A program made the translations under genes and the position numbers. The notes beneath the pieces were generated by a model that saw nothing but the letters and a program-made list of their open reading frames with translations, was not told where the DNA came from and did not search any database. This document shows positions 56,089-64,000 of a stretch of 64,000 nt of DNA, piece by piece. The stretch lies in the NCBI GenBank assembly GCA_043799545.1, contig JAZDNO010000005.1, positions 64,001 to 128,000 on the forward strand, in the 5' to 3' direction. Numbering within the stretch: position 1 is the first letter of the stretch; each line of letters opens with the position of its first letter. Origin of the DNA: Methanobacteriota archaeon (GTDB lineage Archaea > Thermoplasmatota > Thermoplasmata > SG8-5 > DAIRED01).

Positions 56089-57363
56089 TCACAGCGTCTC
56101 GCCCGGCTGGATGTCCATCATCGTGACGCCTGAGACCATCTTCGGATAGAAGTCGGTGCTCTTCTCGGGCATGCGCTCCCCGTTCTTCGCGCACTTTAGG
56201 ACCTGCTCTGGCCTGGTGGCGTTGAGCAGGAACGCGACCTTTGCCTGGCCATCGTCCACAGCCTTTATGGCGTCGTCCGCCCAGCGGAAGTAATCGATCG
56301 TTTCATGAATTTTCAGGTCCTTGAGCCCCAACAGGGCCTCGAAGACGGCGTCCCTCAGGACGACGACGTCCAGCCCCTTGTAGTCCGGGCTGTATTCTGG
56401 CTTGAGGAACTTGTCGACCGCGCCCTTCCTCTTCATGGTCATCCCTGTGAATAGCTTGCCGTCGTAGGCGACGAAGCAGATGGCGTCCCGGTTCTTTTTC
56501 AAGTAAGCATCGACCTCGGCCCTCTTCAACTCCTTCAGGTCGAAGTACTCGGCGGCCTTCTTCAAGTGCGCCCCCGTGAGGCCGTCCTTTAGCAGCGCGC
56601 GGTGCCCTGGCAGGACGACGAGCCCCTTGTCGTCCACGGCAACCATCAGGGTCATGGAAAAGTTGAAGGCAGAATCGGCTGGAGCTCCTGGATTGGCAGC
56701 GCGCATCTCGTCCCTGAAGCTCACCCCGGTCTCGTACCTGTGGTGCCCGTCAGCGATGACGACCTGCTCTCCCTTTAGCGCGTCGCCAAGCATCCTCGTC
56801 TTCGCGGGGTTGTCCATCCTCCAGAGCCTGTTTCTCACATTGTACTCGTCGACTACGTCGATTATCGGGACGCCCTTGGACGCGTCGTCGAGGAGCGCCA
56901 GTATCTCCTTCTTCGGGTCGGGGTAGAGCATGAAGCCCATCTCCAGGTTCTTCTGAGTTGCCTGGTACATCTTGAGCCTGTCCACCTTTGGCCCGGCGTG
57001 CGTCTTCTCGTGCGGGAGGACGACCTTCTCGACGAAGGGAGTCAGTTTCACGGCGCCGACGAACCCTTTGCGGGTGTGCTTGGCACCCAGTACCTCGAAG
57101 TCTTGGAAATAGACGTATATCGCCGGGGTGGAATCCTGCGCGAGGGCCGCGTCATTCAGCCAATTGCCCGTGCGCTCCTTTGCGATGTCGTATCTGTTCT
57201 CCTCTATAGGGAGGATGAGCCTGCAGTAGTTATGCTCGCTCTGGGCATAGTACTTTTTCTGCATCTCGGGCGTTATCTTGTCGTACGGTTGCGTTATGAG
57301 TTTGGCGATGTCCCCCGGCTTCTGGGTGTAGCGGATTGCCTTGAAAGGCCTGACTTCGACCAT
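56089..57363 (-). CDS. DUF1015 family protein
   Basis: RPFKAIRY, QPYD, VLPHEKT, IADGHHRYET, MPEKSTDFYPK. Confidence 0.92.
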   Translation of the reverse strand: MVEVRPFKAIRYTQKPGDIAKLITQPYDKITPEMQKKYYAQSEHNYCRLILPIEENRYDIAKERTGNWLNDAALAQDSTPAIYVYFQDFEVLGAKHTRKGFVGAVKLTPFVEKVVLPHEKTHAGPKVDRLKMYQATQKNLEMGFMLYPDPKKEILALLDDASKGVPIIDVVDEYNVRNRLWRMDNPAKTRMLGDALKGEQVVIADGHHRYETGVSFRDEMRAANPGAPADSAFNFSMTLMVAVDDKGLVVLPGHRALLKDGLTGAHLKKAAEYFDLKELKRAEVDAYLKKNRDAICFVAYDGKLFTGMTMKRKGAVDKFLKPEYSPDYKGLDVVVLRDAVFEALLGLKDLKIHETIDYFRWADDAIKAVDDGQAKVAFLLNATRPEQVLKCAKNGERMPEKSTDFYPKMVSGVTMMDIQPGETL

Positions 57364-57385
57364 TTGTTTTCCCCCTTTCAGCAGC

Positions 57386-58462
57386 CTATTCTTTCCAGAT
57401 CTCGTCGATATGCCAGAGGAGGGATTTAATCTCGTCCAGGTTCCACTCGCCCATGTGCCCTATCCTGAAGGTCTTGTCCTTGAGGTCGCCGTAGCCGTTC
57501 GCAATCTGGTATCCCTTCTTTCCGAGCGCCTTGTTGAGGTCGCCGATGTTCCTGCCTTTCGTGTTTTTTATAGTCGATACGGTGATTGATTCGTAACCCG
57601 GCTCCGGGAACATCTCAAAGCCCGCTTCGACGGCCCACTTGCGGGTGTATTCGGCCATCGCCAGGTGGCGCTCGTACCTCTTATGGGCGGTCTCAAGGAG
57701 CATCCTGTCGAGCTGGTAGTCGAGAGCATACAGAAGCGAGATGTTCGGCGTCGTCGGGTTCTGCTGCTTCTTTACGAAATAGTCGTGGATGGCTATCAGG
57801 TCCGTGTAGTGCCCCCTCGATTTCACGGTGCGCGCCCGCGCGACGGCGGCTTCGGAATAGATGCCGATCGAGAGCCCGGGCGGGAGGGCGAAGCACTTCT
57901 GTGTCGAAGTGAACAAGACGTCGGTGTTGAGCTTCTCCGGCACGAGCAAATCCCCTCCGGCGGACGAGACGGAGTCGACGACGAAGATGATGTCCGGGTA
58001 CTCTTTCTTGACAGCCTTGCCGATATCCTCAATGGGGTTGCGCACACCCGTCGCCGTCTCGTTGTGGACGATGATGAGCGTGTCGTAGTCGTCTTTCTTG
58101 AGCGCGTCCATGACCATCTCCGGTTTTATGGCCTTGCCTAGTTCGACCGAGAGTGGCGTCGCCTCCTTGCCCGAGTCCAATACGGTCTTATACATCCTCT
58201 CGGAGAACGCGCCGCAGACGCCTGCCAGCGCCTTCTTCTTGACTATGCTCCGCCCCGTGATGTCCATCCACAACGTTCCGGACGCGGTCGTGACCGTGGC
58301 GTGCTGCTTCGTGTCGAAGTATTTTTTAATCTTGTCTAAAATGCCCGTGTAGAGGGCCGTGTAATCTGAGCCTCTGTGCCCTATCATCCATCTCGTCTGC
58401 TGCTGGAGAACCTCCGCCGAGACCTCCGTGGGGCCCGGTATGAGCAATCTCTTGTGGGTCAT
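57386..58462 (-). CDS. class V PLP aminotransferase (serine-pyruvate / archaeal phosphoserine type)
   Basis: LLIPGPT, MIGHRG, VHNETATG, VDSVSS, TSTQKCFALPPG, FRIGHMG. Confidence 0.9.
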   Translation of the reverse strand: MTHKRLLIPGPTEVSAEVLQQQTRWMIGHRGSDYTALYTGILDKIKKYFDTKQHATVTTASGTLWMDITGRSIVKKKALAGVCGAFSERMYKTVLDSGKEATPLSVELGKAIKPEMVMDALKKDDYDTLIIVHNETATGVRNPIEDIGKAVKKEYPDIIFVVDSVSSAGGDLLVPEKLNTDVLFTSTQKCFALPPGLSIGIYSEAAVARARTVKSRGHYTDLIAIHDYFVKKQQNPTTPNISLLYALDYQLDRMLLETAHKRYERHLAMAEYTRKWAVEAGFEMFPEPGYESITVSTIKNTKGRNIGDLNKALGKKGYQIANGYGDLKDKTFRIGHMGEWNLDEIKSLLWHIDEIWKE

Positions 58463-58539
58463 GGTAACACCGGAGGTCAATCAAGAAAGGGGGCTATAAA
58501 CCTATTTGACGGCGTGACCCATACGTCGACGCAATCGTT

Positions 58540-59052
58540 TCAAGGAGGATTGGAATATTGCCTATAAACGCCTTCTTTGTGCCTCTTCGCCAGCTCCCTG
58601 TACGTTGCAGCGTTCTCGGCAGCGTGTCCCCGCAGCGAGGCATCCCCCTCCCGGATGGCCTTTCCAGGCACCCCGACCACGAGGCTTCCGGGCGCGATTT
58701 TCATGCCTTCCTTCACCAGGGCGTTGGCGCCGATGATTGAACCAGCCCCGACGACGCTTCCGTTCAGGACGGTGGCGTTCATGCCGATTATCACGTCGTC
58801 TTCGATGGTGGCTCCGTGGACTATCGCGCCGTGGCCGAGCGACACGCTCCTCCCGATTGCAACTGGAAAACCGTGTGAGCAGTGGACCACGCAGCAATCC
58901 TGTACGTTCGACCCGTCGCCAATCCTTACGGTATTCTCATCGCCCCGGACAACCGCGTGGGGCCATATGCCGCAATTCTGGCCTATTTCGACGTCGCCGA
59001 TGATGATGGCAGTTCCGTGAACGTAGCTGCTGGCGTGGACCTTGGGCATCAT
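58540..59052 (-). CDS. gamma-carbonic-anhydrase family protein
   Basis: IIGDVEIG, VVRGD, SNVQDCCVVH, LGHGAIVHG hexapeptide repeats. Confidence 0.92.
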   Translation of the reverse strand: MMPKVHASSYVHGTAIIIGDVEIGQNCGIWPHAVVRGDENTVRIGDGSNVQDCCVVHCSHGFPVAIGRSVSLGHGAIVHGATIEDDVIIGMNATVLNGSVVGAGSIIGANALVKEGMKIAPGSLVVGVPGKAIREGDASLRGHAAENAATYRELAKRHKEGVYRQYSNPP

Positions 59053-60503
59053 TTCGACCACTTCTTCGCGAGGTCTTCGTCTATGGCCTTCGCCGCCAGC
59101 CGTCCCGCGCCCATTGCCAGTATGACCGTCGCCGCCCCGGTGACTATGTCCCCGCCTGCGTACACGTACGGGATGCTGGTCCTGCCGAACTCGTCCGCCT
59201 CGATGTATCCCCATTTGTTCAGCTTGAGGTTTGGGATGGTTGCCGTGAGCAGGGGGTTGGCGTTGGTGCCTATTGCTATGATGACCGTGTCGACGGCCAG
59301 CTCGAATTCCGAACCTGGCGTGGGCACTGGCTTGCGCCTGCCATCCGGCCCCGGCTCCCCTAGGTGCATCTTGATGCACTTCATGGCGCGGACCTTGCCC
59401 TTGTCGTCGCCTAGAATCTCCACGGGGTTGTTGAGGAGCAAGAACTGGACCCCCTCCTCCTCGGCGTGGTGAATCTCCTCCGCCCTCGCGGGCATCTCCT
59501 CCCGCGAGCGGCGGTAGACGAGGTAGGCGTTCTCAGCGCCAAGCCTCAGGGCAGTCCTGACGCTGTCCATGGCCACGTTCCCTCCGCCCACGACCGCCAC
59601 GTTCTTGCCTTTAATGATGGGGGTGTCGTATTTGGGGAACAAGTAGGCCTTCATCAGGTTCGAGCGCGTGAGATACTCGTTCGCGCTGTAGACGCCGTTG
59701 AGGTTCTCGCCAGGAATGTTCATGAAGCTGGGCAGGCCCGCGCCAATCCCTATGAAGACGGCGTCGAACCCCATGTTGCCCATGAGATCGTCGATTGTGA
59801 ACGTCCTGCCTATCACCGTGTTCATGTGCATCTCGACCCCCATCTTCTTCATGGCGTCGATTTCGTACTGGACTATCGCTTTCGGAAGCCTGAACTCGGG
59901 GATTCCGTATATCAGCACGCCGCCGGGCTTGTGCAATGCCTCGAAGATGTGCACCTCGTGGCCGGACCTGGCGCAATCGGCTGCGACCGCGAGCCCCGCA
60001 GGGCCCGAGCCTATTATTGCCACGCGCTTTCCCGTCGGGGGGGCGCACTCCATGCAGCATTTCTCGACTGCCGAGCGCTCAAGGTCAGCGACGAACCTTT
60101 CCAACCTGCCGATGCCGACCGCCTCCCCGCTCGTTTTGCAGTGGGTGCAAGGCCCCTCGCACTGGACCTCCTGGGGGCATACGCGACCCGTTATCGCGGG
60201 CAAAGCGTCGTCCTCCTTGATTACGGTGAGCGCCTTCGCGAATTCTCCCCGCGCCACCAGATCTATGAATTCAGGTATCTTCACATGTACTGGGCAGCCC
60301 GCGGAGCAAGGGAACTTCGGGCAAAGGAGGCAGCGCTTCGCCTCGGCGATGGCAGTTTCAGCGGTGAATCCAAGGTTGACCTCATCGAAGTTGCGCGCGC
60401 GCGCCTTCGGGTCCTGTTCAGGCATGCCGTGCCGCTTGAGCTTCGTGCGCTCCTTGAACTCGGCCGGCGGGAGCCTCCTTACGTTCATCTTCCGCTCAGC
60501 CAT
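59049..60503 (-). CDS. NfnB/SudA-like NADPH oxidoreductase (glutamate synthase small chain homolog)
   Basis: RCLLC, GCPV, GRVCPQE.QCE, GSGPAG, GGGNVAMD, YRR, GGDIVTG. Confidence 0.92.
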   Translation of the reverse strand: MAERKMNVRRLPPAEFKERTKLKRHGMPEQDPKARARNFDEVNLGFTAETAIAEAKRCLLCPKFPCSAGCPVHVKIPEFIDLVARGEFAKALTVIKEDDALPAITGRVCPQEVQCEGPCTHCKTSGEAVGIGRLERFVADLERSAVEKCCMECAPPTGKRVAIIGSGPAGLAVAADCARSGHEVHIFEALHKPGGVLIYGIPEFRLPKAIVQYEIDAMKKMGVEMHMNTVIGRTFTIDDLMGNMGFDAVFIGIGAGLPSFMNIPGENLNGVYSANEYLTRSNLMKAYLFPKYDTPIIKGKNVAVVGGGNVAMDSVRTALRLGAENAYLVYRRSREEMPARAEEIHHAEEEGVQFLLLNNPVEILGDDKGKVRAMKCIKMHLGEPGPDGRRKPVPTPGSEFELAVDTVIIAIGTNANPLLTATIPNLKLNKWGYIEADEFGRTSIPYVYAGGDIVTGAATVILAMGAGRLAAKAIDEDLAKKWSK

Positions 60504-61417
60504 CAGAGCACCCCCTTCGCGTACCATTCCATCGCCTGCTTCTCCTGCTCAAGGTAGGTGCGCTGCCTCAGGACCAGCAGGTCCCAGTCGACCTGATGGC
60601 CGTCGAACTCCGGGCCGTCGACGCACCCGAACTTGGTCTTTCCGCCGATGCTCACGCGGCAAACGCCGCACATCCCCGTGGCATCGACCATTATCGGGTT
60701 GAGGCTCACGACGGTCTTGACGCCGAACGGCTGCGTCGTCTTGGCGCAGAACTTCATCATGATGCCAGGGCCTATGGAATAAACGCATTTCACCGCACCT
60801 TTCTCCCGTTCGAGAATCTCTTTAAGGGGTTCCGTGACCAGGCCCTTCCGACCGAACGTGCCGTCGTCGGTCGTGATGACATGCTCCCTGCTGACGGAAG
60901 CGAGTTTGTCCTGCCAAAAGAGCAGGTCTTTCGTGCGCGCGCCTTGTATGGAAATGACCTTCACCCCCCTCTCGCGGAAAGCCTTCGCGATGGGGTATAT
61001 CGGGGCGGTCCCGACGCCTCCCGCGACCATCACGACCGTTCCGTGGTCCTCGATTTCCGATGGGTGGCCCAGCGGCCCCGTGACTGCGAACAGGTTTTGC
61101 CCGACACACATCTTCGAGAGCTTCGCGGTCGAAGCCCCGACGACCATGAAAATCAATGTCAGGGTGCCTTTTCCGCAGTCCCAGTCCGCGAGCGTCAGGG
61201 GTATCCGCTCCCCTATTTCGTCCGGAATCACGACGACGAACTGGCCCGCCTTGGCCTTCGTTGCGATGTTCGGGGCTGACACGACCATTTCGAATATACC
61301 CTTGACAAGCTCGCGCTTCTCCAAAATCGTCGGTACGAGCTCTTTTCCAAGTTCGTCCGCTTGAGACAGGCTCCTGCAGGACTGTCCTCCCCCGCCGCTG
61401 TGATGTTCTCCAGTCAT
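60503..61417 (-). CDS. NfnA/SudB-like FAD/[2Fe-2S] subunit
   Basis: GERIPLT, GPLGHP, GGVGTAP, MVDATGMCGVCRV, CVDGPEFD; TGATG-coupled to the NfnB-like gene. Start uncertain. Confidence 0.92.
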   Translation of the reverse strand: MTGEHHSGGGGQSCRSLSQADELGKELVPTILEKRELVKGIFEMVVSAPNIATKAKAGQFVVVIPDEIGERIPLTLADWDCGKGTLTLIFMVVGASTAKLSKMCVGQNLFAVTGPLGHPSEIEDHGTVVMVAGGVGTAPIYPIAKAFRERGVKVISIQGARTKDLLFWQDKLASVSREHVITTDDGTFGRKGLVTEPLKEILEREKGAVKCVYSIGPGIMMKFCAKTTQPFGVKTVVSLNPIMVDATGMCGVCRVSIGGKTKFGCVDGPEFDGHQVDWDLLVLRQRTYLEQEKQAMEWYAKGVL

Positions 61418-61490
61418 AACGCACCTTCGTGCCAGGCCGGAAAAGGTGACGAATTATTAATAGGATTGGCGTTGCGATTCGTTACAACGG

Positions 61491-62006
61491 TCATTTTTCA
61501 GAGACAATCTGAACGATTTTATCGGATATTTCCCCGATTGCTCGAAGAACCGGTTCGGAAACACCCACCACCACGCCGCATTTGCCCGTCTGAACACCGA
61601 CGAACCCGGTTTTGCATCCGCAGCTCTCCTCAAGATGTTCCGCCAGCGCCGCGAGGGGGATCCGGTGTGTGGAGGTCATTGTCCTGTCCAGCTCTCCCCT
61701 CCCGAGCATCCCCCAGCCTCCGGGGCTCAGCCCCATCTCCGCGGCGTCGACGATCAGGACGTGCGACGGTTTGAGCTTGATTATCTTCCCGGCCATGGAC
61801 TCGGGCGAGGTGTGGCCTTCCAGGGCGACAAGCCCGATGGACGACCCATCTCCTGCATTTCCCGCCTGACGCGCTGGGAACGATTCCGCCAGCCTCCGGG
61901 CCACCAGAATCCCCGCGGCGTCGTCGCCGCGCAACTCGCTGCCGACTCCCAGGACGACCGCCAGTGACGCGCCTTGCAGAAAACCGGCCAACTGGTCATT
62001 CGCCAT
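61491..62006 (-). CDS. hydrogenase maturation protease (HycI-like)
   Basis: GVGSELRGDDAAG, IVDAA, STHRIPL. Confidence 0.9.
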   Translation of the reverse strand: MANDQLAGFLQGASLAVVLGVGSELRGDDAAGILVARRLAESFPARQAGNAGDGSSIGLVALEGHTSPESMAGKIIKLKPSHVLIVDAAEMGLSPGGWGMLGRGELDRTMTSTHRIPLAALAEHLEESCGCKTGFVGVQTGKCGVVVGVSEPVLRAIGEISDKIVQIVSEK

Positions 62007-62026
62007 CGGAACTGGTGCCTTCCTGC

Positions 62027-62368
62027 TCACCTGACGATGACCTCTCCTTTCACATAATGTGCAAGCTCGAACTCCGTCGTCATCTCTATGGCATCCTTGG
62101 GGCAGCTCTCCACGCACTGCTCGCAGAAGAGGCACCTCTCTATGTAGAAGACCGGGCGGTTTTTATCGTGAATCTTCTCCATGACGCAGGCGTTCGACGG
62201 GCAGTTGCGGGCGCAGGCCGAGCAGCTTATGCATTTCTCAAGGTTGAAGGCCAGCTTGCCCCGCAACCGGTCGGGCACGGGCGTCCTCTGCGCCGGATAC
62301 AGGACAGTCACAGGCTTGCTGACGAGATACTTGAGGATGCTTGGCAGCATGGTTCCAGAGTACCTCAT
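62027..62368 (-). CDS. 2x[4Fe-4S] subunit (NuoI/EchF-like) of membrane hydrogenase
   Basis: TVLYP, CISCSACARNCP and CLFCEQCVESCP. Confidence 0.9.
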   Translation of the reverse strand: MRYSGTMLPSILKYLVSKPVTVLYPAQRTPVPDRLRGKLAFNLEKCISCSACARNCPSNACVMEKIHDKNRPVFYIERCLFCEQCVESCPKDAIEMTTEFELAHYVKGEVIVR

Positions 62369-63351
62369 CAGAACACCTCCATGGCACGGAGCACCAGGAC
62401 AAGGAGTATCTGCACCACCCCGAGCTGGATGAGCCATTTGTACGAAACCTTTACCATCTGGTCGATGCGTATCCTTGCGACCACTGACTTCATCAGTATC
62501 AATAGCAGTATCACGAACAGGGTCTTTACCAGGAAGATGGCGAAGCCTACAGTCCATCTGAGAATCGCCGGGTCGAGCGAGGACAGGTCGAAGAATACGG
62601 CGGAGGGGCCGCCCAGGAATACGGCCGCCAGCAGTCCGGCCCCGACCACCATCTCCACGTCGCGGAGCAGCCGGAAGAGGGCGAGCCTGCGCCCCGAGTA
62701 CTCAGTCAACGGACCGCCGACTATCTCCGTCTCCGCGTCGGGTATGTCGAACGGCAGCCTCTCCAGCTTCCCTTGAAGCGCAATCACTGCCACGAAGAAT
62801 CCCAGCAGAGTCACGAAGAGAGCGAGAGGGTTGTCAGAAACGAAACGAATGATTTCGGCCATGTTCCACGAGCCCGCCATGAGCGCCGGCGCCAGGAGCG
62901 CCAGGAAGAACGGGACCTCGTAGGAGAAGAGCTGAGTCGCCACGCGCATCGCGCCGACCTGGCCGAACTGGTTCCCCGAGTGCCAGCCCGCCAGGAAAAG
63001 GGCGAGCGACGGAATTGTCAGGAGGTAGAGGACCATTATCAGGTCGCCCTGGAACGAGAAGAGCGATGTCATTGCGACGACGGGTATGTACAAGGCCGCG
63101 CAAAGCACGGCCGCGAGCGCGAACACGGGCACCGCTGAGAACATCCCCGAATCGGCCTGCTCGGGCACAATGTCCTCCTTGGCCATGAGCTTGATGAAAT
63201 CGGCGATGGGCTGGATGAACGGCGGCCCCACGCGCCTCTGCATGCGGGCGTACCCTTTCCTGTCAATCCATTCGACCACGGTGGAGAACCCCAAGACGAA
63301 CAGGAACCCAGGGAAGACGAAGATGTACACGAGGGATAGGAGCCAGTTCAT
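62368..63351 (-). CDS. NuoH/EchB-like membrane subunit
   Basis: DRKGYARMQRRVGP, QPIADFIKL, SYEVP, RLPFDIPDAETE, ARIRIDQ. Confidence 0.92.
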   Translation of the reverse strand: MNWLLSLVYIFVFPGFLFVLGFSTVVEWIDRKGYARMQRRVGPPFIQPIADFIKLMAKEDIVPEQADSGMFSAVPVFALAAVLCAALYIPVVAMTSLFSFQGDLIMVLYLLTIPSLALFLAGWHSGNQFGQVGAMRVATQLFSYEVPFFLALLAPALMAGSWNMAEIIRFVSDNPLALFVTLLGFFVAVIALQGKLERLPFDIPDAETEIVGGPLTEYSGRRLALFRLLRDVEMVVGAGLLAAVFLGGPSAVFFDLSSLDPAILRWTVGFAIFLVKTLFVILLLILMKSVVARIRIDQMVKVSYKWLIQLGVVQILLVLVLRAMEVF

Positions 63352-64000
63352 GGCTTATACCCCCTTTCCGCGTACCAATCAATCCCGTGCTGCCTCAGCC
63401 GTTCCCAGTCCATGACCTTTGCGGCCTCGCCAGGCCGGTTCACCTTCTTCACCAGGGCGCGGTCCATGCAGCCCATGCACGGGTCTATTGCCGCGACGAT
63501 GATGGGAACGTCCGCCAGGTTGCACCCCTTCAGCATCTCCGCAGTCGCGGGCAAATTCGCCATCGTCGGTGTGCGAATCCGGACCCTGTCCGGTTTGTCG
63601 GTTCCGTTGGACCTCATGTAGTGTATGTCCTCTCCCCTCGGTGCCTCGGTGTGGCTCGAAGCCTCGCCTTCTGGTACCTTCTTCGGAGCCTTGACCGTGA
63701 GCGGACCCGCGGGCATGTCGTTGAGCAGCTGCCTGCACATTTTGATGGACTCGAGCAGCTCCAGCGCCCTGACGATCACGCGCCCGTATACGTCGCAGGT
63801 GTCTGTGGTGATGACCTTGAAATCCAAGTCCGCGTACGAGGCGTGCGGGTCATCTTTTCTGATGTCGGCTGTGATTCCTGAAGCGCGTATCGTCGGCCCT
63901 ACCGCGCACAGTCTCCTGCCGACCTCCGGCTTCAGTATGCCCACGCCCTCGACCCTCTTCAGGAACGTCTTCTCCCTCGGCACCACGTCAATGTAGTAAT
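63348..64000 (-). CDS. group 4 [NiFe]-hydrogenase large subunit, C-terminal part (5'-truncated by window)
   Basis: GPTIRASG, DVYGR, EAPRGE, RIRTPT and the intact L2 motif DPCMGCMDR followed by a cleavable tail. Confidence 0.9.
   Translation of the reverse strand, partial: YYIDVVPREKTFLKRVEGVGILKPEVGRRLCAVGPTIRASGITADIRKDDPHASYADLDFKVITTDTCDVYGRVIVRALELLESIKMCRQLLNDMPAGPLTVKAPKKVPEGEASSHTEAPRGEDIHYMRSNGTDKPDRVRIRTPTMANLPATAEMLKGCNLADVPIIVAAIDPCMGCMDRALVKKVNRPGEAAKVMDWERLRQHGIDWYAERGYKP

Noticed and set aside
59053-59379. N-terminal extension of the gamma-CA ORF
   Set aside because: It overlaps the NfnB-like gene in another frame; the true start is MMPK at 59052.
1-64000. Genome-wide TAG reassignment
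   Set aside because: TAG terminates many conserved genes at the expected ends, including the convergent CTAG overlaps at 20783-20786 and 54807-54810.

Overview
64 kb of a GC-rich archaeal chromosome, most likely Thermoplasmatota (Thermoplasmata). This is inferred from the A1A0-ATP synthase operon H-I-K-E-C-F-A-B-D, DNA polymerase D large subunit, Rpp21, EF-1beta, phosphopantothenate synthetase and DUF835/V4R proteins. Most genes are housekeeping or anaerobic amino-acid/energy metabolism: glnA, ftcD-fhs, carbamate kinase, NfnAB-like transhydrogenase, the end of a group 4 membrane [NiFe]-hydrogenase operon, ahcY, thi4 and glyS. Highlights: (1) three Rab/Ras-like small GTPases, two sharing a novel C-terminal helical domain; one of these and the short third GTPase form an operon with a V4R-DUF835 protein. 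(2) A mosaic low-GC island (about 28.2-31.2 kb) with an RHH regulator and a degenerate FtsZ-like gene whose GTPase core is tandemly duplicated. (3) An in-frame TAG at an invariant Tyr of atpB. (4) Two 29-bp dyads between nikR and an unknown membrane gene. (5) A paralogous pair of Cys/His V4R-like proteins with a GNAT. (6) An unannotated 51-aa membrane ORF after atpD. (7) A THUMP-less ThiI with a ubiquitin-like partner. (8) A class V aminotransferase-DUF1015-SerK-like operon. No rRNA, tRNA, CRISPR array or intact transposase was recognised. All family assignments are by eye from motifs; no database searches were run.
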